Positions 39,182 to 50,003 are shown, counted from the first letter of the stretch. The stretch is 63,456 nt of DNA from Limisphaerales bacterium (GCA_044225505.1 JBGAIN010000029.1:1-63456); one strand, 5' to 3'. Notes: generated from the letters alone by a model not told the origin. Numbers and translations: made by a program.

Positions 39182-40289
39182 TGGGATAGCGTGCCGTTTC
39201 AACGAACTTGATAAATGCCGGTTTCTGCTGAGCGACCAAGTTATCAGTCCCAAGCAGTTTGTAGAACCATGTGGTCCCCGTCCGGGGCACGATGGCCACT
39301 AACATCCGAGCTGGATTCCCCGTCTCCAGGCTTTTGCCTGCCATGTCCACAAAGCTGAGTTTCGCTCCCCCGGCGTCGCGGACAGTAATCAGTTTATCGA
39401 GTTCCGCCTGGTCTACAGGTTCCAACCCGACCTGCGATCGCCATCGATTCAAGTTGGCCAGCATACCGCCAGCGGTCCCCGCGAGCTTCGTAACCGATAA
39501 GTCCGCCTTCGCTCCGCCTTCTCCGGTGATTGAAAAAGTGGCCAACCGCATCGAACTCGGCGCTTGTTCCTCCCATCCAGGGGGAATTTCCCACGTTGGT
39601 TTTTGGCCTACGGCACCGTGGGCCGCCACCATATCATTTGGGTTGGTGCTTACCGGGTGAGTCGATTCCACCGAAGCAGCGACTGGAGCCGCGCCTGATT
39701 GAATGCGAATGGACTTCAAGAATTCGGTAAACGCAGACTTTTCACGAGCAACGAGTGTATCCGTTCCAATCATCTTGAAAAACCAGGTCGTGCCTTCGGA
39801 AGAGAGGATCGAGGCGAGAATTCGAGTTGCTTGTTTTGACTGCGGGTCTGTTCCCGCCAAATCATACAAGGAAGAAGGAGCAGCACCAATCATCACCTTT
39901 TCACCTGAGGCTTCCAACGCCGGCGCATCGACCGGTGGCAAACCCACCTGCCCTCTCCATCGATTAACATTATCTAGTTCGCTGCCGGACACGCCTCCGA
40001 GCGGTATAATCGACACCTCAGCGCGGTCTGAACCTTCCCCAATAGTGAAACTTCCGGCGCGCATTCCTCCGGGAGGTTGTTCCTTCCACCCAGCTGGAGT
40101 GGTCCACTGCACAGGGGCCGCCGCCGCTACCGCCGGGGTTTGAATAGGCTGAGAATTTGAAACCTCTTTAGGCACGGAAACGGTCCGAATCTCTTCTCGT
40201 CCGCAGCCATTCAGAATGAGTCCTATCGCGGCGAGGCAGATGCAGGCAGCGCGAGACAGGGACAGGGTACTAAGTGAGAATTGCTGCAT
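39171..40289 (-). CDS. Putative lipoprotein with two internal repeat domains, first gene of the ccs operon
   Basis: Lipobox-like LNGC and a duplicated W..P.GW.EQ.P..MR..F...N.NRWR.QVGL...WF.K..G domain. Confidence 0.8.
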   Translation of the reverse strand: MQQFSLSTLSLSRAACICLAAIGLILNGCGREEIRTVSVPKEVSNSQPIQTPAVAAAAPVQWTTPAGWKEQPPGGMRAGSFTIGEGSDRAEVSIIPLGGVSGSELDNVNRWRGQVGLPPVDAPALEASGEKVMIGAAPSSLYDLAGTDPQSKQATRILASILSSEGTTWFFKMIGTDTLVAREKSAFTEFLKSIRIQSGAAPVAASVESTHPVSTNPNDMVAAHGAVGQKPTWEIPPGWEEQAPSSMRLATFSITGEGGAKADLSVTKLAGTAGGMLANLNRWRSQVGLEPVDQAELDKLITVRDAGGAKLSFVDMAGKSLETGNPARMLVAIVPRTGTTWFYKLLGTDNLVAQQKPAFIKFVETARYPNAS

Positions 40290-40366
40290 TACAAACAAAT
40301 ACCGTTGGACTCGCCGCACTGCAAGCCCGCAAGCCCGCGACTTTTACAACCCCTTGTTTCTTAGGG

Positions 40367-42043
40367 CTATCCCATCCCCATCGAGAGGAGAAACTCAATG
40401 TTGCTTCGAGTCTTTTTCAGCTTATTCAACATCAATTCCATGGCTTCAACCGGTGGGACGCCGGTCAATGCTCGCCGTAAAATCACAACTCGGTTGTATT
40501 CATCCGGATGATAAAGAAGTTCTTCTTTCCGAGTCCCTGACAACTCAATATTGATGGAGGGGAAAATTCGGCGGTCCACGAGGTGACGATCCAAGTGAAC
40601 TTCCATATTCCCAGTGCCTTTAAACTCTTCGAAAATGACTTCATCCATCCTCGACCCTGTATCTATCAAAGCCGTGGCAATGATGGTAAGAGACCCTCCT
40701 TCCTCGATATTCCGAGCTGCTCCAAAAAAACGCTTCGGTTTGTGGAGAGCGTTGGCATCGACACCACCGGAAAGGATCTTTCCTGAATGCGGCTGCACCG
40801 TATTATAGGCGCGAGCCAAGCGAGTGATAGAATCGAGCAAGATCACGACATCCTTCTTGTGCTCGATCATGCGCTTCGCCTTCTCAATCACCATCTCAGC
40901 GACTTGGACGTGTCGTTCAGGCGGTTCATCAAACGTTGAGCTGATCACTTCCGCCCCCCGGCAGGTTCGCTCCATATCCGTCACTTCCTCAGGTCGTTCA
41001 TCGATGAGGAGGATGAACAGGTAGCTTTCTGGGTTGTTCTTCAGCAAGGCATTGGCCAACTTCTGCATCAGAACAGTTTTACCCGTCCGTGGCGGGGCGA
41101 CGATCAAACCGCGAGTCCACTTTCCAATTGGACAAACCAGATCCAAAACGCGCGTCGACAGCTCATCGGATGCAGTTTCCAGGATGAATCGCTTGTTCGG
41201 AAACAGAGGCGTGAGGTTATCGAAATGCGTCTTATCTTTGGCTTTGTCTGGGTCTTCCTTTCCAACTGCCTCGACTTTCAACAAGGCAAAGAACCGTTCC
41301 TTTTCCTTCGGAGGGCGGATCTGGCCGGCAACCAGATCTCCCGTTTGCAAATCAAAACGCCTGATCTGGGATGGAGAGACGTAAATATCCTCGGGGCAAG
41401 GCAGGTAATTGAAGCTTTGCGAACGCAAGAATCCAAATCCTTCCGGTAGGATTTCCAAGACTCCCTCCGAGAACAGGATTCCGCTGCGTTCTGCATTCTT
41501 TTGCAGGACCTGGAAGATCACTTCATGCTTCTTCATGGTCCCGAAGTTCTCAATGCCCATTTCCTTGGCCATCTGGTTCAGATCGCCCATGGACATCGCC
41601 TGAAGCTTGGCAATGTTGATCGCCGCAGCTGCCGCTTCCTTGTCGAGCGGCGGCACATCCGCATCGTCCCGGACGGGAGGCTTCTGCTTGCCCCGGCCTC
41701 GGTCTCGGTCCTTGTTAAAGTCTCTCTCCCGGTCGCGTTCTCGGGAGCGAGGATCATTGCCAGGCGATGGTTGCCGTGTTTGAGAAACGGGCTGCGCCGG
41801 CGTTTCCGTCACAGAACGGGAAGGCTCTTCAGGGGCGGCGAGATCGGCGGCGGCGGGCTGAGGAGGCGGATTGACCGGTTCGACTCCATTGGTGGCACCA
41901 TCGAGCCCTGGTAAAAGGTCGGACTGAGCGGCTCGGCTACTGGATGCGGCGGAAATTGGACCCTCGCTAGGGATACCTTCAATTCGAGGTTTGGCCTTCG
42001 CTGGAGCCTTAGCCCGCGTAGGTTTCTTCGTTACTCTAGGCAT
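40367..42043 (-). CDS. rho: Transcription termination factor Rho with low-complexity N-terminal extension
   Basis: [37 protein letters not shown] and GTRKEELL. Confidence 0.98.
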   Translation of the reverse strand: MPRVTKKPTRAKAPAKAKPRIEGIPSEGPISAASSSRAAQSDLLPGLDGATNGVEPVNPPPQPAAADLAAPEEPSRSVTETPAQPVSQTRQPSPGNDPRSRERDRERDFNKDRDRGRGKQKPPVRDDADVPPLDKEAAAAAINIAKLQAMSMGDLNQMAKEMGIENFGTMKKHEVIFQVLQKNAERSGILFSEGVLEILPEGFGFLRSQSFNYLPCPEDIYVSPSQIRRFDLQTGDLVAGQIRPPKEKERFFALLKVEAVGKEDPDKAKDKTHFDNLTPLFPNKRFILETASDELSTRVLDLVCPIGKWTRGLIVAPPRTGKTVLMQKLANALLKNNPESYLFILLIDERPEEVTDMERTCRGAEVISSTFDEPPERHVQVAEMVIEKAKRMIEHKKDVVILLDSITRLARAYNTVQPHSGKILSGGVDANALHKPKRFFGAARNIEEGGSLTIIATALIDTGSRMDEVIFEEFKGTGNMEVHLDRHLVDRRIFPSINIELSGTRKEELLYHPDEYNRVVILRRALTGVPPVEAMELMLNKLKKTRSNIEFLLSMGMG

Positions 42044-42187
42044 AGTCGATCATTTCGTTCGCCAACGCTGAGGCGATGATAAATTCAAGCGGGTCGAACC
42101 AGATCATTCGACGCGTCGGGATTTCGGACGATTCACACGCTGAACCTTAAACCGGGATGTAGTCGAGGATCGGCCGCTACTCACCAA

Positions 42188-44359
42188 CTAATACGGCAAA
42201 GGAAATCTTGCGGTTAACTCGTGAACACGGTCGCGCACCTTCCGCGCCGCGTCAAGGCTTTTGATGTCCATCAAAATCTCACTGATCATGTCCGCCACCG
42301 CGGCCATTTCCGACTCCTTCATGCCGCGAGTCGTCACTGCAGGCGTGCCAATCCGAATTCCACTTGCTTGAAACGGCGACCGAGTCTCGAACGGGATAGT
42401 GTTCTTGTTGACGGTTATCCCAGCCAGGTCGAGTGCAGCTTGGCATTCCTTCCCCGTCACCCCTTTCTCGCCAACGTCAACCAGCATCAGGTGGTTATCG
42501 GTGCCTCCGCTCACCAAACGAAAGCCATTTTGTTTTAAGCCCGCGGACAAAGCCCGGGCATTGCGCACGATCTGCTGTTGATAAAGCCGAAAACTCGGTT
42601 GAAGCGCCTCGTGAAAACACACTGCTTTAGCAGCAATAACGTGCATCAACGGGCCGCCTTGAATCGACGGAAAGATTTGGGAATCGATGTCCTTTGCGTG
42701 CTTCTCTCGACAGAGGATCAAGCCCCCTCGCGGTCCACGCAAGGTCTTGTGAGTCGTCGTCGTCACAAAGTCCGCATGCTCGATTGGACTTGGGTGCTCT
42801 CCGGCAACGACGAGTCCGGCGATATGGGCAATGTCAGCCAGTAAGAGCGAACCAACGTCCTTTGCGATAATGCCTAACCGCTCAAAATCAATAATACGCG
42901 GATAGGCACTCGCCCCCACCGTAATCATTCGGGGACGGTGCTGCTGGGCGAGCTTATGTAGCAGGTCGTAATCGATCAACTCGTCTTCCTTCCGAACCCC
43001 ATAGTGGACCACTTCGAAGAAACGGCCGGAAAAGTTCGCTTTGTGCCCGTGAGTCAGATGCCCGCCATGGGTCAGATCCATCGTCAAAAGCTTATCCCCG
43101 GGCTTAAGCAGGGCGAAATAGACGGCCATGTTAGCGCCGCTCCCAGAGTGAGGTTGAACATTCGCGTGCTCGGCGCCAAACAACTGCTTCGCCCTGTCGA
43201 TCGCCAACTGTTCCGCTGTGTCGACGTGTTCGCATCCGCCGTAGTATCGACGACCTGGATAGCCCTCGGCATACTTGTTAGTCAGGACGGAGCCTTGAGC
43301 TTCCATCACGGCTGGACTCGTGAAATTCTCACTCGCGATTAGCTCAATGTTTTCCTGCTGACGTTGACGTTCCAGGAAAACAGTATCGGCGATCTGCGGA
43401 TCCACTTCGCGCAACCGAAGCCCCACAGGGACGGTAGGTTTCTCGATCTTGCCAAGGCGTCGTTCATGACGCCCGCCCTGAAACTGAGCTTGTAGAAATG
43501 CATCCAGAATGCGCTTGGCTTCGTCCAAAGGCGTCACCTTTTGGCCGAGGCAGAGGACATTGGCATTGTTATGCTGACGCGCAAGCGTGGCAGTTTCCTG
43601 GTTGAACACCAATGCCGCGCGAATGCCCGGAAACTTATTGGCGGCGATGCTCATTCCGATTCCCGTGCTACACACGAGAATTCCAAGTTGGCTCTTGCCG
43701 CTGAGAAGGTCCTCAGCAACCGATCTGGCATAATCTGGATAATCGGACGACTCTGTGCTGTGCGTCCCGACATCAAGCACTTGGATGCCTTTCTTGTGCA
43801 AATAGTCTTTGAGGCTCTCTTTCAGTGCCACGCCCGCATGGTCGGATCCCAGGGCAATCTTCACAGTCGCTCCGGTTTCGATTCCCGGCGATGCAGGCTG
43901 GGAGGTTTGTTGGATAAAATTCAGCATAGAAGCAATGCCTTGTTCGATCTGATCACGACAGTTCAAATAGACCTCATACGACCCGCCGATCGGATCCGAA
44001 ATGTCCTTCTCAAAAACGTCGAGAGTTTCATCAAACTCCCGCAGAAGGAAAGTCTTTTCCGCCGCTTGCGGGAACAACAAAGTCACCGCATCGACATGGC
44101 CATGGGTCATCCCAAAAATATAGTCCGCTTGCTGCACCAACTCAGCCGATAGCATTCGACTTCGCTGCTGGCCAATTTCAACGCCCAACTCCCGTAAAGC
44201 TCGCACCGCGTGAGGACTTGGGGGTTGACCGTCAACCGCGCCGACTCCCGCGGACAGCACTCTGTATTTACCGTCGCACTTGATGGCGTGACGGAACAGC
44301 CCTTCGGCCATAGGGCTTCGACAAACATTGCCAGTGCAGACAAAGAGGATGGTCTTCAT
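42188..44359 (-). CDS. glyA: Triple fusion: LMW protein phosphatase (YwlE-like) + ribose-5-phosphate isomerase B + serine hydroxymethyltransferase
   Basis: aa ~1-150 [19 protein letters not shown]. aa ~166-306 GSDHAG, CSTGIG, RQHNNAN, GGRHERR. aa ~314-723 [35 protein letters not shown]. One uninterrupted ORF. Confidence 0.93.
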   Translation of the reverse strand: MKTILFVCTGNVCRSPMAEGLFRHAIKCDGKYRVLSAGVGAVDGQPPSPHAVRALRELGVEIGQQRSRMLSAELVQQADYIFGMTHGHVDAVTLLFPQAAEKTFLLREFDETLDVFEKDISDPIGGSYEVYLNCRDQIEQGIASMLNFIQQTSQPASPGIETGATVKIALGSDHAGVALKESLKDYLHKKGIQVLDVGTHSTESSDYPDYARSVAEDLLSGKSQLGILVCSTGIGMSIAANKFPGIRAALVFNQETATLARQHNNANVLCLGQKVTPLDEAKRILDAFLQAQFQGGRHERRLGKIEKPTVPVGLRLREVDPQIADTVFLERQRQQENIELIASENFTSPAVMEAQGSVLTNKYAEGYPGRRYYGGCEHVDTAEQLAIDRAKQLFGAEHANVQPHSGSGANMAVYFALLKPGDKLLTMDLTHGGHLTHGHKANFSGRFFEVVHYGVRKEDELIDYDLLHKLAQQHRPRMITVGASAYPRIIDFERLGIIAKDVGSLLLADIAHIAGLVVAGEHPSPIEHADFVTTTTHKTLRGPRGGLILCREKHAKDIDSQIFPSIQGGPLMHVIAAKAVCFHEALQPSFRLYQQQIVRNARALSAGLKQNGFRLVSGGTDNHLMLVDVGEKGVTGKECQAALDLAGITVNKNTIPFETRSPFQASGIRIGTPAVTTRGMKESEMAAVADMISEILMDIKSLDAARKVRDRVHELTARFPLPY

Positions 44360-44418
44360 TCTTCCAACAGTCGAGTCAACTTTGGGCGCGCCAAATCAAT
44401 CGTCAACCGCTAAATCCT

Positions 44419-45489
44419 TCAGTGCCGCTTTGAGGCGAGGGCCAAACCTTTCAGTAAGTCCAAGCCTCGCGACAGCGCGGGATCTGTCACGACCGGACTC
44501 GTTGTCTGTGCCATCACCCCAGGCACTTCCGGTTCAAAATCTGTTCCGTCGCGCTGCATCCGCACAAGTTCAGCCTCGTTCAGGCGACGGCGAGAGCGAT
44601 TCGGACTGAGTGCGGCGGACTGTTCGTTAGTCAGAACCCGTGTCGTCTGGGCAAAAGCCCTGGGAATGACTTTATAGGGATCCTCAAAGTAGGCCTTTTC
44701 ATCCTCAAAACTCACCGCGACTCGGATGTCAGGCATTAATCCTTCGTCACTGAGCTTTTGTTCGTCACCTGCGGTTATCCATCCAGTGGCAACCCGCAGG
44801 GTCTGGCCGGTAGTCAATGGCAGATCGCGGAACAGATAGGCGCGCCCAGCCGTCGCACTGCCGATCAGCAAAACTTCGCCAGCCTGGTGAAGCGCCGCTG
44901 CCAACGCTTCGGCCGCGCCGGTTGTTTCGTGATTGATCAGAACTACCAAGGGAAGGTCTATCGACGAACTCTTGGACTTAGAACGAACCGTGGCTTCGCC
45001 CCAACGCAAAAGTGGTTGCTCGGATTTAAAGAATAAATCGGCTGCGTCCGCCGCAGCCGCGTAGTCTTGCCCAACCGCGAAGCGCAAATCGATCACCAAT
45101 CCATTCAAGCGGTTTGTCGAACGCAGCTGATCCCATGACTTGGATAGTTCCTGCGCCAACCCTGCCCCGACACGAGCAATTCGAATAAATCCGTAGGCGG
45201 ATTCCAGAACGGTCGCTTTGCTCACCAACGGAAGAGCACTCAACTCTTCGACAACAGCGTTGTTGGTCACCAACATCACCCGCGACGACAACTGCGAAAT
45301 CAGCCCGAGGACCGCAGCCCGATTGAAGTCAACGGCTCCCATCCCCGCCAGGTTAGACTGGACAAGGCTATAGACCTCAGCAAATGAAGGCACAGAAGGG
45401 GGAGCCGCTGCCAAGGATCGCTCCGCACCAAGAGTCGATCCACCAACGACTACGCACACAAACCATCTGTAAAATCGCACCTTTGTCAT
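44419..45489 (-). CDS. S41 (C-terminal processing) peptidase-like protein, probably inactive
   Basis: GLVIDLR, LVVLINHETTGAAE, LIG..TAG, GLMPDI and DPAL.R.LDLL. Signal peptide present, no PDZ domain recognised. Confidence 0.75.
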   Translation of the reverse strand: MTKVRFYRWFVCVVVGGSTLGAERSLAAAPPSVPSFAEVYSLVQSNLAGMGAVDFNRAAVLGLISQLSSRVMLVTNNAVVEELSALPLVSKATVLESAYGFIRIARVGAGLAQELSKSWDQLRSTNRLNGLVIDLRFAVGQDYAAAADAADLFFKSEQPLLRWGEATVRSKSKSSSIDLPLVVLINHETTGAAEALAAALHQAGEVLLIGSATAGRAYLFRDLPLTTGQTLRVATGWITAGDEQKLSDEGLMPDIRVAVSFEDEKAYFEDPYKVIPRAFAQTTRVLTNEQSAALSPNRSRRRLNEAELVRMQRDGTDFEPEVPGVMAQTTSPVVTDPALSRGLDLLKGLALASKRH

Positions 45490-45494
45490 ATGAC

Positions 45495-46796
45495 TCAGCT
45501 CCTGGCTCGAAGCGCCTTGGCAGCAATATCGCGGCGAAAATGCGCGCCGTCGAACCGAATCTTTTCGACGGCGGCATACGCCCGATTCTGAGCTTCACTC
45601 AAACTCGTCCCCCAAGCTGTGACCCCCAAGACCCGGCCTCCGTTGGTAACCGTCCGCCCCCCGATCTCCGCCGTTCCAGCGTGAAACACCTTGGTGTCCG
45701 GTAATTTGGCCGCTTCATCCAGTCCGGAAATGGGTTTGTGTTTCGCATAGGTGCCAGGATACCCTCCGGAAGCCATTACCACGCAGACTGCCACTCGCGG
45801 GCTCCACTTCATCGGAGTTTGGGCTAATGTCCCATCAACGCAGGCATTCAATAGCTCGACAAGATCACTTTCCAAACGTGCCATGTAAACTTGCGTTTCC
45901 GGATCGCCAAATCGAGCATTGAACTCCAGGACCTTGGGACCACTTTCTGTCAGCATGAGCCCAGGATATAAAATCCCTCGAAAATCGATTCCCTCCTCGG
46001 CACACCCCTTCATCCAACGATCCAGCAGTTGAGTGCGAATTTGCTGCAATTCCGCCTCTTGGAGGAAAGGCGTTGGGGAGTAAGTTCCCATGCCGCCGGT
46101 GTTCGGTCCGGAATCGCCGTCGCGGACCGCTTTGTGGTCCTGCGCCGTTGGAAACAAGCTGGTCGCGCGGCCGTCACAAAGGGCGTGCAACGAAATCTCG
46201 GTTCCTTGGAGGAATTCCTGTATCACGACCCGTGCACCGGCCGCGCCCAAAGATTTCGATACAAGCAGATCGTCAATCGCCTGATACGCCTGTTCAACGC
46301 TGGCACAAACAAAGACGCCTTTCCCCAAAGCCAACCCGTCCGCCTTGACGGCACAGCGTCCATCGAGAGCAGTGGCGAATCGACGAGCCAGCTCCCTGTC
46401 GGTAAAATTGCCGGACCGTGCCGTCGGGATGCCATGCCGTTCCATGAACTCCTGGGCGTACGCCTTTGAAGACTCAAAACGAGCTGCTCGCTGGCTGGGC
46501 CCCCAAATACGAAACCTCTCTTTGGTAAACAAATCAACAATCCCTAAAGCGAGGGGATTATCCGGACCGACCACGGTTAAATCAGGCCGCTGTTCACGCG
46601 CGAACGCGAGCAACCCGTCGAGATCGTCGGCTTGTATGGGAACCGACTGCACCGAGCTGCCGTTTTTCACCAATCGTTCGTGCGCAAGCCCCGCATTGCC
46701 TGGGGCACACCACATTTGGGTCACATGCGGCGATTGGGCCAACTTCCAAACCAACGCATGTTCACGGCCGCCCGAACCCACCACCAGAATTCTCAT
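45495..46796 (-). CDS. purD: Phosphoribosylamine-glycine ligase
   Basis: GSGGREHAL, KADGLALGKGV, QDHK, GPNTGGMG and EFNARFGDPETQ. Confidence 0.97.
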   Translation of the reverse strand: MRILVVGSGGREHALVWKLAQSPHVTQMWCAPGNAGLAHERLVKNGSSVQSVPIQADDLDGLLAFAREQRPDLTVVGPDNPLALGIVDLFTKERFRIWGPSQRAARFESSKAYAQEFMERHGIPTARSGNFTDRELARRFATALDGRCAVKADGLALGKGVFVCASVEQAYQAIDDLLVSKSLGAAGARVVIQEFLQGTEISLHALCDGRATSLFPTAQDHKAVRDGDSGPNTGGMGTYSPTPFLQEAELQQIRTQLLDRWMKGCAEEGIDFRGILYPGLMLTESGPKVLEFNARFGDPETQVYMARLESDLVELLNACVDGTLAQTPMKWSPRVAVCVVMASGGYPGTYAKHKPISGLDEAAKLPDTKVFHAGTAEIGGRTVTNGGRVLGVTAWGTSLSEAQNRAYAAVEKIRFDGAHFRRDIAAKALRARS

Positions 46797-46809
46797 CGGT
46801 TTGGAAACG

Positions 46810-47859
46810 TTACACCATTCGAACCAGCCCACTCCCTCGAATCACCTCGCCGATGAGCCAGGCCTTTTGCCTGCGCGCGGCGAACCACCGCAGGATGGCG
46901 TTAGCCTTCTCGGACGCCACAATCGCAATCATCCCGATGCCCATATTGAACACCTGATAAAGCTCGGCTTCTTGCACTCCGCCCTTATCCTGAAGCAATC
47001 CAAAGATCGGCAGCATTTCCCACGAACCTTTACGGATAACCGCATCGCATTTCGCTGGCAAGACCCTGGGCAAATTGTCAATGAATCCGCCCCCGGTGAT
47101 ATGCGCTAGTGCATGTACAGATTTTTCAGTTTTATTAAACTTTTGCAGAAGCTTCTGGAGGATGAGGCCATAGCTAATGTGCACCTTTAGTAATTCCAGC
47201 CCAATCGTGTTGTCTAGGTCTGGCAGCCTACTGTTCGGCTTCAATTTCATCTTCTCGAAAAAGATTTTCCGAGCGAGCGAATAGCCGTTCGTGTGGAGTC
47301 CGCTCGATGGCAGTCCAATCAGCACATCTCCAGGGCGGACGGCGCGAGGACCGTCAAGCATCTCGCTCCTTTCCACCACGCCGACGATAGTCCCGCTCAC
47401 GTCATATTCTCCCTCTTGGTAAAAGCCTGGCATTTGGGCGGTTTCGCCGCCGATCAAAGCGCACCGGTTTTCCGTGCACGCTTTGGCAAAGCCTTTGATA
47501 ATTTCTGTGAAGACCCGCGGCTCAAGCTTGCCGGTTCCCAAATAGTCGAGGAAGAAAAGAGGTTCCGCGCCGACCACCGCGATGTCGTTCACGCAGTGGT
47601 TCACCAAGTCTTGGCCGATCGTGTCATGACGATCCATGGCGAAGGCTAGTTTCAGCTTGGTCCCAACGCCGTCGACACTTGAAACGAGGATGGGCACTCG
47701 GTACTTTCGCGTATCGAGGGCAAATAACCCACCAAACCCTCCGACTTTACCCAGGACCCCTTGCCGGCGGGTAGAGGCGAGCAACCGCGGCAGTTGATTT
47801 TTCACTTTGTTACCTAAGTCAATATCAACTCCGGCAGCTGCGTATGCTTTCTGTTTCAT
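46810..47859 (-). CDS. purM: AIR synthase
   Basis: YAAAGVDI, DGVGTK, GGETAQMP, SSGLHTNGYSL, HITGGG and FNMGIG. Confidence 0.97.
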   Translation of the reverse strand: MKQKAYAAAGVDIDLGNKVKNQLPRLLASTRRQGVLGKVGGFGGLFALDTRKYRVPILVSSVDGVGTKLKLAFAMDRHDTIGQDLVNHCVNDIAVVGAEPLFFLDYLGTGKLEPRVFTEIIKGFAKACTENRCALIGGETAQMPGFYQEGEYDVSGTIVGVVERSEMLDGPRAVRPGDVLIGLPSSGLHTNGYSLARKIFFEKMKLKPNSRLPDLDNTIGLELLKVHISYGLILQKLLQKFNKTEKSVHALAHITGGGFIDNLPRVLPAKCDAVIRKGSWEMLPIFGLLQDKGGVQEAELYQVFNMGIGMIAIVASEKANAILRWFAARRQKAWLIGEVIRGSGLVRMV

Positions 47860-47938
47860 TTAATATGCGGCGGGAATATTCGAAAGATTGCCGCTGCTGT
47901 CGAGGACGGAATCATCCTCGTGCATGGCGAACGAACGA

Positions 47939-47968
47939 CGTTTCCCTGCAGCACAGTGCAGGGAAACG
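47939..47968. terminator. Perfect 12-bp stem-loop downstream of the HEAT gene (possible terminator)
   Basis: CGTTTCCCTGCA-GCACAG-TGCAGGGAAACG with only a weak U-tract. Confidence 0.5.
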
Positions 47969-48007
47969 AGCTCGTGTTTTAATTATCGACGAGCCGGTGA
48001 CGCGCGC

Positions 48008-49972
48008 TTACTTCAACTTTCGCAGTTCGTCGTTCGCTTTCTTTTTTGCGGCTTCGCTAGGTGATTTCTCGGCCACCGCTTGAAGGGCTTTGCGACGCAA
48101 CCCTGTATCAAGCTTACGATCCGAAGCTACTTTTGCCAGAGCCAAATATGCTTCCTCGGCAACCGACTGGTCCTCGCCCAGACTCATCAGCAGATCTATT
48201 GCGGCGGGTGTCGGCAACGTCCCGACGACCGAGATGACCTGCCTTTTCTCTTCAACGCCTTCCGCCAACGGCAGGAACTCTTTGATCTTTGCCACCTTCT
48301 CATCGTTGTTAAGTCGCTTGGTTTCTTCAATGTAAAGAAGGTAACCACGCAACCCTTGAACTCGATACGCGGGCTTTTTGCCAGATCGAGCCAGAGCCAA
48401 CAACGGTTCGGCCACTCCCGCATCGTCAGGCCAGGTGTTAGGCCACGTAGAGAGGAGATTCACCGCTTCGTCTTCGATGGCTGGGTCACTGTCTTTGAGA
48501 GCCGTTTTGATCACTCCTAACGCATCTTCTCCCCCAATGGATGACAAGGCGCGCAACCCCACTTTGCGCAGATTCGCGCCTCCGGTTTGCGCTAGCGGAA
48601 GCACTTCTGGAAGCGCCTTGGCGCCGCTCCGACGGCACACCGCCGTCAAAGCGCGTTCGATATCGTCCCGCTCGTCCGCACTCTGGGTCGCACGCAGGAG
48701 CCCGACGAGCGCTCCAGCTTGCTCTTCGTTTCCTAGAATTCCGATCGCCTCCATCGCGGCCCGTCGAACTTCCAAATCCTTATCTTCGGTGCTGCGCAAG
48801 ATAATCGGAATAGCTGCATCGATGCGCCGCTGTCCGGCCAGTTCGATGAGAACCTGCCGTGACCGCCCAGAGGCCAGCCGAAGTCTCGCAAGCAGATCAG
48901 CATCAACCTCTTTGCCACCCAACCGTCCTAACGTCGACTTCGCCGTGCGCGCTAAGTCCGCGTCGTTATCGGTGCACGCCAGAAGCAGGACGGGAACACA
49001 GGCCAAATCACGAAACCGATCGAGCAGCCCTACCGCAGTCTTCCGAATCGGTCGAGGCCCGGTCTCCGCGACTTGCAGCAACTTCGGCAAAACGGCCGCA
49101 TCGGTGCGGTCCGCCAATGCCAAAAGCAAGGCCACCTGCCGGTCGGCGTTGGCTTGATCCAATTCCGTGGCGACCGCCTGGGTCACGTCTCGACCCGGGA
49201 GCTCACGAGCCGCCCGAACCCCAATACCAAACAACGCCGCATCCGGCGATTTAAGTTGCTCGATCAGCAGAGGGATTCCCCCAGCGCCTCTCGCTAGGAT
49301 CGCTCCGCGGGTCGCTTCGAGGACTCTCTGTTTTGGCAGTTCTGTCCGGCGGACCCGATCACAAAGCTCGGCTGCCGCTTGCCCCTGACCGGCCGCCAGC
49401 ATTTGCTCCGCGCAAAGCACACACCCGTAAGCGGCCGCGGAACGTACTTCCGGCCGATTACCGGCCAAGGCCCGCTCCAGTCCACGGGCGGCGTCGGCTC
49501 CGCCGATATGTCCGAGTGCCTCGCCAGCCGCCGCAGCGACCTGAGCATTCTGATCGTCCAGCTTCGCAATTAGAGCAGGAACGGCCTGAGCGTCCTTGCG
49601 ACTCCCTATGGAGTTGATCACCCCCACCAAGATACGCCCCTCCACTTTGTTCAGTGCGTTTCGCAGTGCTTCGGCCGCTTCCTCACCTGGGATTGCTTCG
49701 AGGGCAATCCGGGCCCACGACGTCAAATCTTTGTCCGTCAGCAGCGGTGCCAATGCGGGCACAGCCGCTTTGCTGCCGTAAATAGCCAACTTTTTGCACG
49801 TGATCGCCTTCTCTCCGGGGGCTGCATCTGATTGAAGCACAGTGATAAGCTGGCGCTCGTTGTCCTTCGCCGATGCCCCCTCCGCAGCGGACAGAAGCAA
49901 GGGAAGACTCAAACCCACGCACAGAGCGATCGAAAACGACCAACGCGAGATACCATTAGATTGAAGATTCAT
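48008..49972 (-). CDS. Secreted HEAT-repeat protein
   Basis: Signal peptide and many AVPAL..LL.D / VR.AA..ALG units. Start at ATG 49972. Confidence 0.85.
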   Translation of the reverse strand: MNLQSNGISRWSFSIALCVGLSLPLLLSAAEGASAKDNERQLITVLQSDAAPGEKAITCKKLAIYGSKAAVPALAPLLTDKDLTSWARIALEAIPGEEAAEALRNALNKVEGRILVGVINSIGSRKDAQAVPALIAKLDDQNAQVAAAAGEALGHIGGADAARGLERALAGNRPEVRSAAAYGCVLCAEQMLAAGQGQAAAELCDRVRRTELPKQRVLEATRGAILARGAGGIPLLIEQLKSPDAALFGIGVRAARELPGRDVTQAVATELDQANADRQVALLLALADRTDAAVLPKLLQVAETGPRPIRKTAVGLLDRFRDLACVPVLLLACTDNDADLARTAKSTLGRLGGKEVDADLLARLRLASGRSRQVLIELAGQRRIDAAIPIILRSTEDKDLEVRRAAMEAIGILGNEEQAGALVGLLRATQSADERDDIERALTAVCRRSGAKALPEVLPLAQTGGANLRKVGLRALSSIGGEDALGVIKTALKDSDPAIEDEAVNLLSTWPNTWPDDAGVAEPLLALARSGKKPAYRVQGLRGYLLYIEETKRLNNDEKVAKIKEFLPLAEGVEEKRQVISVVGTLPTPAAIDLLMSLGEDQSVAEEAYLALAKVASDRKLDTGLRRKALQAVAEKSPSEAAKKKANDELRKLK

Positions 49973-50003
49973 AAAAAAATGAGCAAAATCGTCGTTGAGG
50001 AAT

